Shown: positions 62,179 through 64,000 of the stretch, piece after piece
Position numbering within the stretch: position 1 is the stretch's first letter
How the letters are laid out: each line of letters starts with the position of its first letter
Origin: Fusobacteriia bacterium UBA1095
Lineage (GTDB): Bacteria; Fusobacteriota; Fusobacteriia; Bac17; UBA816
Assembly (NCBI GenBank): GCA_002313635.1
Contig: DCBY01000030.1
Coordinates: 3,368 to 67,367, forward strand
Direction of reading: 5' to 3'
DNA length: 64,000 bases
Notes under the pieces: model-generated
Told to the model about the DNA's origin: nothing
Database searches by the model: none
The model's input: the letters and a program-made list of their open reading frames with translations, nothing else
Translations under genes and position numbers: made by a program

Positions 62179-64000
62179 ATGTCATTAGGAGCTATACAGA
62201 AAGAGATAATGAGCACCAGCTCGATGAGGCTAGATGGTGCTATAAGATGGGCAACAAGAGAACTGGATGTTGACCCTGAAGTTATAAAGTCAAGAGTAAT
62301 TGCAAACTACACTAGTAGCATGATAGAGAAGAATATGAATAGAGTTCTTCTTGCGCTAGCTTTGGAGTTAACAACTGCTGAATCGCCAGATTGGAAGATT
62401 GCAGCTTCAAGGTTTTTGTTAATGGATTTGTATAAAAAGGCATCTGAGAATAGAGGATACTCTTCATTTGGCTACAATGGAGACTATCTCTCCTTTTTAA
62501 AGGAAGCTTGTGAGAAAAAAGTTTATGATTCTGCCATTTTTGATCACTACTCTGAAGAGGAGATTGTAAAGGCTAGCAGCTTTTTGAATCCTGAGTATGA
62601 TATGAGCTTTGATTTTGCCGGAATGAACATGATGGTTAACAGGTATTTAGTTCAAGATAGAGGTGAGATTTTTGAGCTGCCACAAGAGGCTTTTTTAACA
62701 ATAGCACTCTGGTTAGCTTCAAGAGAGAAGAGAGATAGACTCTCTCTAGTTAAAGATATATACAACGCTTTAGCTTCTAGAGAGGTATCTCTCGCTACAC
62801 CGATACTTATAAGCCTTAGAAGAAGAGGGAATCTATCAAGCTGCTTTATAGTAGCTGTAGACGATAGCCTAGAGAGTATTTTAGAGAATATAAAAGCTGT
62901 GGGTAGAATATCAAAAAATGGTGGTGGAGTAGGAGTATGCCTCAGCAGAATAAGAGCTGCAGGTGCTTCAATCAAAGACACACCTGGAGCATCTGGTGGA
63001 GTTATCCCTTGGATAAAAATAATAAATGATACAGCAGTTGCTGTTAACCAGCTTGGAAAGAGAGCAGGTTCTGTAACAGTTGCTCTGGATGTTTGGCATT
63101 TGGATATTTTTGATTTCTTGGAGCTTCAAACTGAAAATGGAGACCAGAGGATGAAATCTTATGATGTGTTTCCACAAGTTGTCATACCAGATCTATTTAT
63201 GGAAAGGGTTAATTTAGATGCAGAGTGGACGCTATTTGATCCTCATGAGATAAGAACTAAGTTTGGTGTAGAGATAGCAGAGTTATGGGGAGAAGAGTTT
63301 GAATCATTTTACAAGAAGATAGAGTTAGATGAGACTCTAACCTTGAAAAAAAGGGTTAAAGCAAAGTCGCTAATGAAAGAGATGATGAAGGTAACCATAG
63401 AGACAGGAATGCCTTATATGTTCTTCAAAGATACTGCTAATAGGACTAACCCTAATAATCATGATGGACTAGTTGGATGTGGTAATCTTTGTCAGGAATC
63501 ATTTACAAACTTTAGACCTACAAAGATAAGAGATCCAGAGTTGAATGAGGTGGACTCAAAAGTATATCAAGAGGGTTATGACGGACTTGCACATACCTGT
63601 AATTTGACATCTATCAATTTAGCTAATGTTATAGAGGACAAGGATATAGAGAGAGTTATAAGACTGATAGTTAGGATTTTAGATAACACAATCGATTTAA
63701 CAACAACCCCTATAGGTGAGAGTACACTACACAACAAGAGATATAGAACGATAGGGCTAGGTTCCCTTGGTTTGGCTGACCATCTTGCATATAAGAGAAT
63801 TAAGTACGTAGAGGCTGCAGATGAAGTTGATGCTATATTTGAAAAAATAGCATATTGGAGCGTTGATGAGAGTGTCAATTTAGCTATAGAGAGAGGTAGT
63901 TACCCTCTATTCAAAGGTAGCCAATGGCATAAGGGTGTAATGTTTGGGAAAGATAGTGATTGGTTCAAAAAAAATTCTAAACTTTCAAGCAAGTGGTTGA
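62179..64000 (+). CDS. ribonucleotide reductase catalytic (alpha) subunit, 5' partial at window end
   Basis: RBS GAGGAG; catalytic NLCQE motif, radical Cys loop, ~600 aa in frame with no stop. No N-terminal ATP cone. Confidence 0.9.
   Translation, partial: MSLGAIQKEIMSTSSMRLDGAIRWATRELDVDPEVIKSRVIANYTSSMIEKNMNRVLLALALELTTAESPDWKIAASRFLLMDLYKKASENRGYSSFGYNGDYLSFLKEACEKKVYDSAIFDHYSEEEIVKASSFLNPEYDMSFDFAGMNMMVNRYLVQDRGEIFELPQEAFLTIALWLASREKRDRLSLVKDIYNALASREVSLATPILISLRRRGNLSSCFIVAVDDSLESILENIKAVGRISKNGGGVGVCLSRIRAAGASIKDTPGASGGVIPWIKIINDTAVAVNQLGKRAGSVTVALDVWHLDIFDFLELQTENGDQRMKSYDVFPQVVIPDLFMERVNLDAEWTLFDPHEIRTKFGVEIAELWGEEFESFYKKIELDETLTLKKRVKAKSLMKEMMKVTIETGMPYMFFKDTANRTNPNNHDGLVGCGNLCQESFTNFRPTKIRDPELNEVDSKVYQEGYDGLAHTCNLTSINLANVIEDKDIERVIRLIVRILDNTIDLTTTPIGESTLHNKRYRTIGLGSLGLADHLAYKRIKYVEAADEVDAIFEKIAYWSVDESVNLAIERGSYPLFKGSQWHKGVMFGKDSDWFKKNSKLSSKWL

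Overview
AT-rich window (roughly 30% GC by eye) from a diderm bacterium, densely packed with housekeeping genes. Between them sit several lineage-specific gene families (ankyrin-like lipoprotein paralogs, tandem lipoprotein pairs, three tandem MATE exporters). The organism cannot be identified from sequence alone; abundant lipoproteins, ankyrin repeats, LptD and CIRCE suggest a low-GC Gram-negative, possibly spirochaete-like, lineage. Two tRNA clusters with near-consensus sigma70 promoters, a CIRCE operator at groESL and NrdR-box-like palindromes ahead of the ribonucleotide reductase gene were located by eye. No transposase, prophage or CRISPR array was found. The most unusual content: (i) a lipoprotein paralog family with a decaying copy; (ii) two tandem lysine-rich mini-ORFs with a shared double-glycine-like N-terminal motif upstream of nfu; (iii) a convergent lipid module of Sfp-type PPTase, PgpA and an acyl-AMP ligase/carrier/acyltransferase fusion; (iv) a thioredoxin with a WCRYC active site; (v) an OMP gene coupled to rpsP where rimM-trmD-rplS normally sit.
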